From an uncultured Eubacteriaceae bacterium (GTDB lineage: Bacteria; Bacillota; Clostridia; Eubacteriales; UBA1433), in contig CAZHMK010000005.1 of the NCBI GenBank assembly GCA_964533615.1, positions 141,218-205,217 of the forward strand: a stretch of DNA of 64,000 nucleotides. Reading direction: 5' to 3'. Of the stretch, positions 1 to 9,233 are shown one piece after another. How positions within the stretch are numbered: position 1 is the first letter of the stretch; each line of letters begins with the position of its first letter. The notes under the pieces were generated by a model. The model did no database searches and was not told the DNA's origin. It saw nothing but the letters and a program-made list of their open reading frames with translations. A program made the translations under genes and the position numbers.

Positions 1-1254
1 TTTATTCTGCCTATATCGGCTGTATCGGTAATGATGATTGTTAAGAGATCACAAAAGCATTTTAAAAACCAGCAGAAATATCTGGGTATCGTGAACGGAC
101 ATGTAGAGGAAATGTTTGGCAGCCACATCATTGTCAAAGCTTTCAGCGGGGAAAAAGACTCGATTAAAACCTTTGATAAACATAATGATTCACTGTATAA
201 GTCAGCGTGGAAATCCAACTTTTTATCCGGGATGATCATGCCGATTACGATGTTTATCGGCAACCTCGCTTATGTGGCGATCTGCATACTCGGCGGATAC
301 TTCACGGCAGGCGGCAGCATGACGGTTGGGGGCATTCAGGCATTTATGCAATATGTGCGCTCTTTTACGCAGCCGATTTCTCAGATCGCGAATATTTCCA
401 ATATCCTTCAGCAGACGGCAGCGGCCGCAGAGCGTGTGTTTGAATTTTTAGCTGAAGAGGAAGAGACGGATGACAGCGGTGCTACGGTTAGCGTTGATGA
501 AGGATTTAAACTTTCACTTGATGATCATGTCAGCTTTGAGCATGTGTCTTTTGGATATGACCCCGAAAATATCGTCATTCATGATTTTAGCTCCGATGTA
601 AAACTCGGACAGAAAATCGCTATCGTGGGACCTACTGGTGCCGGGAAAACAACACTTGTGAAATTATTGATGCGTTTTTATGATGTCACAAGCGGCGTTA
701 TCAAAATCGGCGGCAAAGATATCCGTGATTTTAAACGTGACGAGCTGCGAAGCCTCTTTGGCATGGTGCTTCAGGATACATGGCTCTATAACAGCACGAT
801 TGCCGATAATATTCGCTATGGCAAATTGACCGCCACTGACGAAGAAGTGCGCAAAGCGGCAAAAGCGGCGCAGGTGGATCACTTTGTGCGTACGCTCCCC
901 GAAGGCTACAACATGGTGCTCAACGAGGAAGCGAACAATATTTCGCAGGGGCAAAAACAACTGCTCACTATTGCCAGGGCAATACTGGCGGATCCGAAAA
1001 TATTGATTTTGGATGAGGCGACCAGCAGCGTGGATACGCGTACGGAAGTGCTCATTCAAAAGGCCATGGATAATTTGATGAGGGGCCGCACAAGCTTTGT
1101 GATCGCGCACAGGCTTTCCACGATTCGGAATGCGGATTTGATATTGGTCATCAATGAAGGCGACATCGTGGAACAGGGCACACACAATGAACTGCTTGCA
1201 AAAGGCGGATTTTACGCGAACTTGTATCAGAGCCAATTTGAAAATGCGGGGTAA
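1..1254 (+). CDS. ABC exporter, fused permease/ATPase subunit (3' part; 5' end outside window)
   Basis: The frame is open from base 1; the ORF track starts at internal Met 31. TM segments are followed by an NBD with Walker A GPTGAGKTT, signature ISQGQKQLL, Walker B ILILDEATS and H-loop IAHRLST. Confidence 0.9.
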   Translation, partial: FILPISAVSVMMIVKRSQKHFKNQQKYLGIVNGHVEEMFGSHIIVKAFSGEKDSIKTFDKHNDSLYKSAWKSNFLSGMIMPITMFIGNLAYVAICILGGYFTAGGSMTVGGIQAFMQYVRSFTQPISQIANISNILQQTAAAAERVFEFLAEEEETDDSGATVSVDEGFKLSLDDHVSFEHVSFGYDPENIVIHDFSSDVKLGQKIAIVGPTGAGKTTLVKLLMRFYDVTSGVIKIGGKDIRDFKRDELRSLFGMVLQDTWLYNSTIADNIRYGKLTATDEEVRKAAKAAQVDHFVRTLPEGYNMVLNEEANNISQGQKQLLTIARAILADPKILILDEATSSVDTRTEVLIQKAMDNLMRGRTSFVIAHRLSTIRNADLILVINEGDIVEQGTHNELLAKGGFYANLYQSQFENAG

Positions 1255-1351
1255 ATAATTTTTTATATTATATATTATTAATAATTGATAAGAATATTTA
1301 ATATAAAGAAATAAAAATTGTAAATAAATATATTTATAAATTATTTATTGT

Positions 1352-1380
1352 AGGGAGATAGTATTTTCTCCCTATTTTTA
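1352..1380 (+). terminator. Rho-independent terminator after the ABC exporter gene
   Basis: Stem agggaga-N8-tctccct followed by attttta, about 100 nt after the stop codon. Confidence 0.6.
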
Positions 1381-1471
1381 TTTGTTTATATTTATTATAA
1401 GTATAAGGTAATATTAATAATTATGATATAATGTGATAAATATGCCGAAATAATTTAAAAGGAGGAAAAAC

Positions 1472-2024
1472 ATGTCAGAATTGATTGCAACTATATCAGT
1501 TAATTTAAAAGAAGGGAGTTGTACTATTTCAGGCTCAGAAGATTTTATTAATAAGTATAAAAATGAAATATTTGAGTTTATTAAAAAAAAATAAATTTTT
1601 TGATAATGAAATTCATACAAATGATTATTTACAAAATCAGAATTCAAGTATTAAAAATAATACTGAAGAAAATATTATTGGAAAAGATAAATATATTGAA
1701 GAAGGTGTTTATCATATTGACGCATTAGATGGATCTATTTCAATTTTGAAAAAAATACCTGGAAATAGTAAGGCAGAAAAAACAAAAAATATTGCACTTA
1801 TTGTTCTTCATATTAAAAAAGAGCCAATTCATGCATCGTTAATAATACCTTTATGTGAAAAACATAATTGTTATGATCAAGCAAATTTTTCATCAATGTT
1901 TAAAAATGAAAAAACAAATATTGTTCGAAAAGGTAGCGGGAAAGCATGGACTATTGAATTGACAAAGCCTGGCAAAGAGGCTGCTATTAAATTGCTTGAG
2001 GATATGGTAAATGCGTCGAAATGA
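1472..2024 (+). CDS. Hypothetical protein, cassette gene 1, interrupted by a 1-nt frameshift at an A9 tract (ORF-track part 1563..2024)
   Basis: Strong RBS aaaaggagg sits just upstream of ATG 1472. That frame stops at TAA 1592-1594 immediately after A9 (1583-1591). Removing one A fuses it to ORF 1563..2024, which itself has no RBS. No domain recognised; very AT-rich. Confidence 0.6.
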
Positions 2025-2766
2025 TATTATAACTGAGTTGTTAAAAGATTATCCTAAAGAAATTATAGAAGTATTTATTGAAAATTATGTACGTGCTTTA
2101 GGAGAATATAGAAAAGGAAACTGGAAATACGTTGGTAATGAAATTGGTCAGTATGTTGAATGTGCGTATAGAATGATTGATTATAAACTTACAGGAAAGT
2201 ATATTCCTTTAAATGATAAATTGCCAAATTTCAATGAAATACAATTAAATAAATGGGAAAACGCTAATTCAAATATAATAATAGAATATAGAATTATTAT
2301 TCCAAGAAATTTATATGCAATGTATTGTATAAGAAATAAAAGAGGAATGATACATAAAAACCATATAGATCCAAATTATATGGATGCGACTTATTTATGT
2401 AATTCTGCAAAATGGGTATTAGCAGAATTCTTCAGACTTTCTTCTAATAAATCTTTTGATGAAACAATAGAAATCGTAAATTCGATAATTAACAGAGAAA
2501 TAAATTTAATTTGGAATAGTGGTTCTATTATTCGTATTTTAGATAGTAAAATGAATTGTTCTAATCAAGTTCTTTGTTTATTATATGTAAAAAATAACCA
2601 AACTACTAAAGAACTTTTTAAATCTACAGAATATTCTAATCTAACAAAATTTAAAGGGATATTAAAGGATTTGCATAATAAAAGATTAATAGAGTATAAC
2701 AACCAAATATGTACTATTTCTCCTTTAGGGGAAAAAATAGTTGAAGAATTATTAAATTCAAAATAA
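2011..2766 (+). CDS. Hypothetical protein, cassette gene 2; possible HEPN-like domain plus C-terminal winged helix
   Basis: Overlaps gene 1 by 14 nt. The motif CIRNKRGMIHKNH (R-x6-H, RN..G..H style) resembles a HEPN RNase signature. The C-terminal LHNKRLIEYNNQICTISPLGEKIV looks wHTH-like. The function is inference only. Confidence 0.65.
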   Translation: MRRNDIITELLKDYPKEIIEVFIENYVRALGEYRKGNWKYVGNEIGQYVECAYRMIDYKLTGKYIPLNDKLPNFNEIQLNKWENANSNIIIEYRIIIPRNLYAMYCIRNKRGMIHKNHIDPNYMDATYLCNSAKWVLAEFFRLSSNKSFDETIEIVNSIINREINLIWNSGSIIRILDSKMNCSNQVLCLLYVKNNQTTKELFKSTEYSNLTKFKGILKDLHNKRLIEYNNQICTISPLGEKIVEELLNSK

Positions 2767-2794
2767 TAATTTATAATTTAATAATTTAGCGTAA

Positions 2795-3230
2795 TATTCG
2801 TACGCTTCTAAATTAATACCTTCAATAGAACTTTTGACCATATATTTATTATCTTCATCAAATAACGATGAACCTTCGTCTGATTTTTTATGGCTGAAAA
2901 GCGTGTATTCACATCCCAAGTCTATTTGAGTTATTTACAAACCTTTCGAGTTAGTGTATGCAATTTCATAATATATCACAGTAGTCAGAATATAAGGCGA
3001 TAGATAACTAGGGGGGTAGACAACTTTTCATCGTTATAAGCGGTATATTACGGGGTATTTTTATATCACCGTCATATTCCGGCTGTATAAAAAGATTTAT
3101 TTTATAATTTTCGTTCTCTCCCGTGTATTCAGGATAAACATCAGGCGCGGCACAGGATGAAAGAATAATAAATAAAAAAAGGAAAACAATAAATATAAAA
3201 CTCTGTTTTAAGTTCAGCGGAAAAAATCAT
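2795..3230 (-). pseudogene. Degraded, 3'-truncated paralog of the lipoprotein family at 9859..10911
   Basis: Minus-strand fragments align to the intact paralogs: SSCAAPDVYPEYTGENENYKINLFIQPEYDGDIKIP, ITQIDLGCEYTLFSH and LFDEDNKYMVKSSIEGINLEAYEYY. They are broken by frame shifts and in-frame stops. Homology ends near 2795, where the AT-rich cassette begins. Confidence 0.7.
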
Positions 3231-3354
3231 ATCAATTTATTATATTTATGTCCTTTAAGTATATATAACTATATCGTATGTTTTTATACCTGCGCCGGTA
3301 TAATTGAGCCAGTTTGAGATATTGGAGTAAAGAGTGGTTAATATAAAAGCAATT

Positions 3355-3381
3355 AAAGAGAGGGCTGCCCTCTCTTTTTTT
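3355..3381. terminator. Hairpin with flanking A/T runs (possible bidirectional terminator)
   Basis: Stem aaagagaggg-ctg-ccctctcttt followed by a T run. Confidence 0.45.
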
Positions 3382-3398
3382 ATGAGTAATCAATCATT

Positions 3399-3660
3399 TT
3401 GGCGGGCGTGGGCAGGATCGTTACCCAAAAACTTCCCTGTCGGATTTTTTTAAATACGTTCAGAAAACGTCCCAAGATTTGCAGAAATATTCACAGTAAT
3501 CTGGTTGGATGGGTATCTTATATATATTATTTATTCTATTTATTCCAACACCCGCCCGGCCGGATCTTTCGACTGCGCTCAAGATGACCTCTTTCATCTT
3601 TATTTTTGTATAAGACAACCGGGGGTATCATTCTGAGCATATCCGCGGAGTTGATTGGAT
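3399..3660. repeat. Dispersed repeat family, cluster 1 (inverted doublet, reverse configuration)
   Basis: Contains a diverged core (ccctgtcggattttt..cgttcagaaaacgtcc). It is followed by ccggatctttcgactgcgctcaagatgacc (3559-3589), a spacer, and the inverted core atcattctgagcatatccgcggag (about 3624-3650). Confidence 0.8.
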
Positions 3661-3987
3661 AACTATTCTGCAAAACAAAATAAACAGGCCAGCATCCACC
3701 CAGTTATAGGGGAGGAGCCCCTCTCCCGCTTTCTTTTTTTGCCTAATAAATAATGAATGCAGGCACGTTGAGGATGACACATCATCCCATGATAGGAGGA
3801 AATTTCGTCATCTAAAGAGGATACTGTGTTTGGGCTGGCCGGCGTACAATATATATTTATAGAAAAAATAAGCGTTTGTTTGATTGATACATGAAGAAGG
3901 TTCTTGAATGAGGAGTATTGCAAAGGGCAGGTGATCCCCTGTGATAAAAAGAAATGTTATAGTTCATCCTTCTTAGTAAAGTATAGT

Positions 3988-4593
3988 TCAGTCAAATATT
4001 GAATAGAGGCGAAAATAGAGAGAGTCGATGGGCGTCGAATTATCATTCAAATAGATATCTACGGTGTAAAATCCTGGATAAGCATCCTCTAAAAGAGCGG
4101 AGGTGAATGTCTTTTCAGTAGTATGGCTGATATCTATTTTATCTTCAAAGATAATTTCATCATCCTGCTCCCACACAAATGTGAGATATGTATTTGCCGT
4201 AGCGTTTCGCACGGTAACAGTTGTGTAGAACTGATCGTATGTCCATTCATAATGATTATCTTTGCTATAGTAGGATTCGTCGTTGTCATCGTGTTTTGCA
4301 TATATTTGCGCATTAGAAACTGAAAAAATATTGTTATTATGAATTTTTACAGCAATCAAGATCGCAATAAAAATAATGACAATGATACCTGCAGCAAGAA
4401 CGATTTTTTTATATTCTCTTTTGTTTTGAATATCCTGCAATTGTTTTTGCTTTGCCGTCTTTTCAAGCTCAATACGCTGAAGCTCTTCATTAGGCAGGGG
4501 CTTTTCCGTGCCACAGTATTCGCATATATATACGCCTTTTGTTTCGTTGACGATCATATCGCCGCCGCATTGACTGCATCTTTCTTCGTTCAA
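3988..4593 (-). CDS. Membrane-anchored protein with N-terminal zinc ribbon
   Basis: Zinc ribbon CSQCGG..CEYCG, then one TM helix. The C-terminal domain is related to that of 6705..7148 (YLTFVWEQ / EITFRWFY; FYTVDIYLND / NYSVEIYING). Confidence 0.7.
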   Translation of the reverse strand: MNEERCSQCGGDMIVNETKGVYICEYCGTEKPLPNEELQRIELEKTAKQKQLQDIQNKREYKKIVLAAGIIVIIFIAILIAVKIHNNNIFSVSNAQIYAKHDDNDESYYSKDNHYEWTYDQFYTTVTVRNATANTYLTFVWEQDDEIIFEDKIDISHTTEKTFTSALLEDAYPGFYTVDIYLNDNSTPIDSLYFRLYSIFD

Positions 4594-4979
4594 ATCTATA
4601 TTCCTCCATTACATCACTGAATAGAACTGACCTCTGCTGTTTTTCAGGCAAACAAAAGCAGGGACTTGTCTACTTGTTTTTATGTTACCATTACTGGATT
4701 GAATTCTGCAAATTTATATCAGATTTTTCAATTCGTCCTGAAATTTAAAATATATCAATATTTTTTATTCATAATCGGATATTTGGAATGAATACGAAAT
4801 ACCACAGTTATATGGTATTGATAATACTTGGTTGTACAATACGTTTGCTTGATAGTGCTTAACTTTTACACTGGTTCATATGGTCTGCGTCCAAGCAGTA
4901 AGCCAAATCAAGCTGGGTTTGCGCTCTGACCCAAAATCTTTGTTTTCTATGTATCTATCCGAACCTCTGTGCACTATTT

Positions 4980-5032
4980 AAGGGGCGGGTCTACTTTTCT
5001 TAGCGCGCCAGCCCCTTTGTATTTTGTTATTT
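4980..5032 (+). terminator. Plus-strand intrinsic-terminator-like hairpin with no upstream plus-strand gene
   Basis: aaggggc..gcccctt GC-rich stem followed by tgtattttgttattt. It lies at the end of a 410-bp ORF-free region. Confidence 0.4.
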
Positions 5033-6212
5033 ATTGAATCTCATTGAGAAAATCGATCATGATCTCAATAAAATCATTTGGTTTTTCCCAATTGAAACTG
5101 TGGCCGGAGTCAACCTCTATGAGCACGTTATTTTCTATCAGCAAATGCGCCCGCTCGGCATCCTCACCGCTCATAGCCCCCATAAGAATACCGTTTTCAT
5201 CATACTTCCAATTTGTATGGATCAGGACGGATGGGCATTTGATCTTCGACAGGGCCTCGGCGTGATCAAAGCCTTTCAGCCATGAGCAATCATAGAATGC
5301 ATCGCCAAATCTGGGATCGTAGTCATTCATGAAATAAAATGTCCCGGTAATGGAAGGTGGGAAGAAAAATATTTTTAATCTCTCTTCGGGATGTTTCTCC
5401 CTGTAGGAGACGGCATATCGAATGATTCTTTTTTTCGCATTTCCAAAATAATTGATCCAATAGCAGTTTTCGAGGTAATACAGAGCAAAGTCATCCTCCT
5501 CATTCTGGTTCAGGAATGAATGACATGCCTGAAATGTGTCCACCTGTGCAAATGTTTTATCGCACCGGGAGGCCTCCGTTGAGAAAAGAGGCGGATCCTC
5601 CAGGACAATACCCAATACATTCTCGGAAGAATTGGCGGCAAGCCATGTCGTCAGCAGCCCCCCGGATGAATGACCCGAGACCACTGCCGGTTCACCAATC
5701 ACATTTTCAATAAACCAGGCAAAATCCTCACCCATTGCCTGGCCGCTATATTTCTCCGGGTCTTTGCTGGATTTCCCATGCCCGTGGCAATCCACCGCAT
5801 ACACGTGATAATATTTCGACAATTCCGGGAGTACCTTCGTATACATTCCCCACGCCGCTACTTGTCCGTGGATCAGCAGGAGGGAAGGACCGTGATTGGG
5901 GCCTTCTACATAATTCAAAACCGTTCCATCGTTTAAAGATACCGGCTTTTCCTCATAACCCGCTTCCATCGTCTGCCGGAATGGAACCTTGTCATAATTC
6001 AGATTGTTATACACATATACGGAAGCGAGCGCGATGACCATACACATCAGGATTACGACCGCTGTCAATATGATTGTCAAGTTGTTATACACGGAAGCGA
6101 GCACGATGACCACACATATCAGGATTGCAACCGCTATCAATACTGTTTTCAAGATTTTTTTCTTTTTCTTTTTTGGCTTAATACTGTTTGTGCCGGAAAA
6201 TTCTTTTTTCAT
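5031..6212 (-). CDS. Alpha/beta hydrolase with N-terminal membrane anchor
   Basis: LLLIHGQ, nucleophile elbow GHSSGG and C-terminal DSGH. The N-terminus is Lys-rich with a duplicated TM helix. Overlaps the upstream AbrB-type gene by 4 nt. Confidence 0.85.
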   Translation of the reverse strand: MKKEFSGTNSIKPKKKKKKILKTVLIAVAILICVVIVLASVYNNLTIILTAVVILMCMVIALASVYVYNNLNYDKVPFRQTMEAGYEEKPVSLNDGTVLNYVEGPNHGPSLLLIHGQVAAWGMYTKVLPELSKYYHVYAVDCHGHGKSSKDPEKYSGQAMGEDFAWFIENVIGEPAVVSGHSSGGLLTTWLAANSSENVLGIVLEDPPLFSTEASRCDKTFAQVDTFQACHSFLNQNEEDDFALYYLENCYWINYFGNAKKRIIRYAVSYREKHPEERLKIFFFPPSITGTFYFMNDYDPRFGDAFYDCSWLKGFDHAEALSKIKCPSVLIHTNWKYDENGILMGAMSGEDAERAHLLIENNVLIEVDSGHSFNWEKPNDFIEIMIDFLNEIQ

Positions 6213-6439
6213 TTATCCTCTTCCTCCTGGTTTTGCGCTTTTATGATCGCATCGGCGAATTGAAGAAACATATCGTTTTTAACAATCGCAATGCCCTGGG
6301 CTTCATCGCCCAAAAGGAGTAGCGTATCCCCGGGATTAATATCAAAGACTTCTCGTGCCTCTTTAGGTATAACGATTTGCCCTTTCTCTCCGACTTTCGC
6401 AGTCCAAGCGTATTTGCCTTTCGAGTTTTTCATTATCAA
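6209..6439 (-). CDS. AbrB/SpoVT-domain DNA-binding protein
   Basis: Swapped-hairpin motif GEKGQIVIPKEAREVFDINPGDTLLLL. RBS ggagg is present upstream of the ATG. Confidence 0.8.
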   Translation of the reverse strand: MIMKNSKGKYAWTAKVGEKGQIVIPKEAREVFDINPGDTLLLLGDEAQGIAIVKNDMFLQFADAIIKAQNQEEEDK

Positions 6440-6462
6440 CCTCCATAGTATTAAGTATGATA

Positions 6463-6510
6463 AGTATAAAAAGTATACTTAATTATACTTTTTATACTAT
6501 GAATAGTCAA
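6463..6510 (-). promoter_or_regulatory. Consensus sigma-A promoter plus 15-bp perfect inverted repeat (candidate operator)
   Basis: On the minus strand: TTGACT (6505-6510), a 17-nt spacer, then TATAAT (6482-6487). The inverted repeat agtataaaaagtata-N6-tatactttttatact (6463-6498) overlaps the -10 box. Confidence 0.65.
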
Positions 6511-6704
6511 TAAAAAAACGTCAAATGTATGTTTGGAATGAGCTTAGTTCAGATATATCAATAAGCTGTATCCCATTGTTTCCTTACGACTTTTTGTTCC
6601 TTTCATTATTCTACTCCGTAATTCAGCCGGATTTTTCTTTTGGCACTCAAAAACCCCGATATTAAGGGCGAGTTTCACAGCGAGTAGCTTGCTTTGCTAC
6701 ATCT

Positions 6705-7148
6705 TCAGTAATTTTCTACGCTGAAAGTAAGCGTTACGGATGGCTTTTCTTCACCGTTTATATATATTTCGACCGAGTAATTTCCAATCTGCCAAGCTTC
6801 GTTTGTGCGTGTAAGCATGCCACAGGCGATATCATTCTCATAGCTTGTTTTCTCTGTGTTAGAGGAAGTGATCGGAGAAGTTTCATAAAACCAACGGAAA
6901 GTGATTTCGGTATCTTCTTTCATATTTTTCAGGTAGGCCAGCGCTATAAAGCTCTCGGCATCGGAAGGATAAATCGCGACGATATCGATCGGTGTATCAT
7001 CGCTGTTGAATCCGGAGGTAAGCTGTGCGTAATTGATATAGGTTGTGGTGAGCTTGATAACTGCGAACCAAATGATCAAAGCAAGAATAACAGCAGCTAT
7101 TATGATAAAAACAGTTCTTTTTTTATTGTGTTTGACTTTTGTCGGCAT
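6705..7148 (-). CDS. Membrane-anchored protein, paralogous C-terminal domain to 3988..4593
   Basis: Basic N-terminus, one TM helix, and an extracytoplasmic domain sharing motifs with 3988..4593. Confidence 0.65.
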   Translation of the reverse strand: MPTKVKHNKKRTVFIIIAAVILALIIWFAVIKLTTTYINYAQLTSGFNSDDTPIDIVAIYPSDAESFIALAYLKNMKEDTEITFRWFYETSPITSSNTEKTSYENDIACGMLTRTNEAWQIGNYSVEIYINGEEKPSVTLTFSVENY

Positions 7149-7394
7149 TGCAGGCTCCTTTATACGTTCATATTATTATTCATATTAAATTTAACTGAAA
7201 TAAAGCCTGTTTGTCAATGACATTATGGAATGGAAAGGATAAAAAACCGGTTCTTTATGATTATTCGTATAAAGAAGGCGGGCCGTGTATGTTGAGCCGG
7301 TTAAAAGATGCGGGGCAGGCGGATGTTGGGGGGATGCAGTTTAATGAATATTCATCTCAGCAGGCGAGCAATATTCTCCCATACGGGTGAGCGG

Positions 7395-7525
7395 GAGCTG
7401 ATCTGTTTATTTTGCAGAAAAGCCATACCTGCCAGATTCTTCGACTGTGATCAGAATGACACCGCCCAAGATTTGCAGGCTGGCTCGCAGTAAGGCTGCT
7501 TGGATGTCTATTTAGAATGACACCG
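7395..7525 (+). repeat. Dispersed repeat family, cluster 2
   Basis: cctgccagattcttcgactgtgatcagaatgacac (7429-7463) followed by two diverged or partial cores. Confidence 0.8.
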
Positions 7526-7828
7526 TTTTCCGTTATTGCGGTGAGATCTGCCTATAGGGAAAAAAGATTTTACAGGAAAGGCTCTGGCTGGGAGCTGGCT
7601 TGTCTGTTTTGCAAAATGACATCGGATTTTTCGATTGTATTCGCAGTGAACCTGCCTTTGCTATGAATAAGAGTGGTTATGGGCGCCGGAGCCTGTGGAC
7701 AGGCTGACTTTTGGATGCCCGTATTAATACAAAGATAGATTTGTGATGCAGTAAATAGCGTAAGAAGTTTATCAACAGCAGAATTTATATGATATACTTT
7801 CATTACTATTACGAGGAGGGATTACTCT

Positions 7829-8275
7829 ATGGAATTTCGCAGGGCGACGCTGCAGGATGTGAGTACTTTGGCGAGGCTGCGCAGCCAACAATTGATTGAT
7901 GAAGACAATGAACCAATGAATGATATCGGCGATGCGCTGAAGGGTTATTTTTATGCGGGGATCGAAAATAATTCTTTCATTGCGTGGCTGGCGATCAAAG
8001 AAGGCGAGGTGATTGCAACAAGCGGGCTCTGCTTTTACAGGCTGCCGCCTACTTATACAAACCCCTCAGGGGAGGTGGCATATGTGACAAATATGTTTAC
8101 CGTAAAAGAATACAGAAGACGGGGAATCGCTTCAAAGCTGCTTGCCAATATTTTAATCGAGGCAAGACAATCCAAGGTCAGTATCGTGAGACTGCATGCA
8201 TCCTCAGAGGGCAAAGGCCTTTACAAAAAATATGGATTTGAAGAGTCATATGATTATATGGCATTGCAATTGTGA
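7829..8275 (+). CDS. GNAT family N-acetyltransferase
   Basis: Acetyl-CoA motif A: VKEYRRRGIASKLL. Size is typical of the family. Confidence 0.85.
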   Translation: MEFRRATLQDVSTLARLRSQQLIDEDNEPMNDIGDALKGYFYAGIENNSFIAWLAIKEGEVIATSGLCFYRLPPTYTNPSGEVAYVTNMFTVKEYRRRGIASKLLANILIEARQSKVSIVRLHASSEGKGLYKKYGFEESYDYMALQL

Positions 8276-8336
8276 TTTTTTTTACTATTTAATAAGAATT
8301 TTTATAATAAAATCAATTTAATTAAAGCTAAAGTGT

Positions 8337-9233
8337 TTAAAAAACAGGTGCAAACTGAAAAATCATACCAACGGTTACAGCGATGATAAAAATAGTCACA
8401 GCATAAAAAATAACAAGTCTTTTTTCAAAAATACCTGCAAGCAGGCTGATGGCAGGAATATCAATACCTGCTCCTCCGATTATGAGCGCGATAGCAGCTC
8501 CGTAGCTCATTCCTTTACTGATAAGCGAAGAGCTGATGGCAACCGCTGTTTCGGCACGCAAAAAATAAGGAATACCGACAAATGCGGCAGCGGGGATAGC
8601 CAAGGGATTATTTTCACCTGCAAAGGTTTGAATGAGACTTTGAGGTATGAGCGCATAAATGGCTGTGCCGAGCGCGACGCCGATGATCATATGCCAAAAG
8701 ATATGCTTGTAATCTTCCCAAGCTGTATGAAAGGCACGTGCGACCTTTAATTTTAATGTCGGCGGGACTTCTTTTTTTAGAGTATCGTGATGCGCAATGA
8801 TATAGGGGCGAATGAATCTTTCGCAGTTTCTTTTATCTAAAAAAATTCCTGAAACAACAGATAAAATCAAAATGCTTAAAAAATAAATCTGAGCATAAGA
8901 TACGCCCAGAATAGAAGTTATTTTTGCCATGATAATGGGGTTGAGCAGAGGGGAAGCGATTGTGAATGACATAACGGCGCCAAAAGGAAAATCGGCCTCG
9001 ATAAAAGCAAAAGTGATCGGGATCGTTGTAAAAGACCACAGAGGCGTTGCAGCGCCGAGCAAAGCACCTGCAATATAGCGTAGAATACCATGCCCCGATA
9101 AGAATGTTTTGATTTTATTTTGAGGAATATGCATAAAAACAAGACATACAAGTGAATTTAAGACCAGTATTAAAACGGTTAATTCTAACAGTACGTAAAT
9201 AAAATATCCGAAGATGTCGGTAAGAGCCTGCAT
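8337..9233 (-). CDS. Predicted permease (UPF0718/ArsP-like)
   Basis: Polytopic membrane protein of two homologous halves. The pattern resembles the predicted-permease family, but the usual Cys motif is absent (ATPLWSFTTIP). Confidence 0.55.
   Translation of the reverse strand: MQALTDIFGYFIYVLLELTVLILVLNSLVCLVFMHIPQNKIKTFLSGHGILRYIAGALLGAATPLWSFTTIPITFAFIEADFPFGAVMSFTIASPLLNPIIMAKITSILGVSYAQIYFLSILILSVVSGIFLDKRNCERFIRPYIIAHHDTLKKEVPPTLKLKVARAFHTAWEDYKHIFWHMIIGVALGTAIYALIPQSLIQTFAGENNPLAIPAAAFVGIPYFLRAETAVAISSSLISKGMSYGAAIALIIGGAGIDIPAISLLAGIFEKRLVIFYAVTIFIIAVTVGMIFQFAPVF

Noticed and set aside
664-1236. Antisense ORFs lie within well-supported genes. Examples are 664-1236, 47556-48053, 53484-53976, 59321-59857 and 57080-57478.
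   Set aside because: They lie opposite genes with clear family motifs and have no motifs or RBS of their own.
3663-3923. ORFs at 3663-3923, 3399-3587, 7308-7493, 7570-7803 and 14640-14966 might be genes.
   Set aside because: They overlap repeat clusters or pseudogene debris, lack an RBS, and have odd composition.
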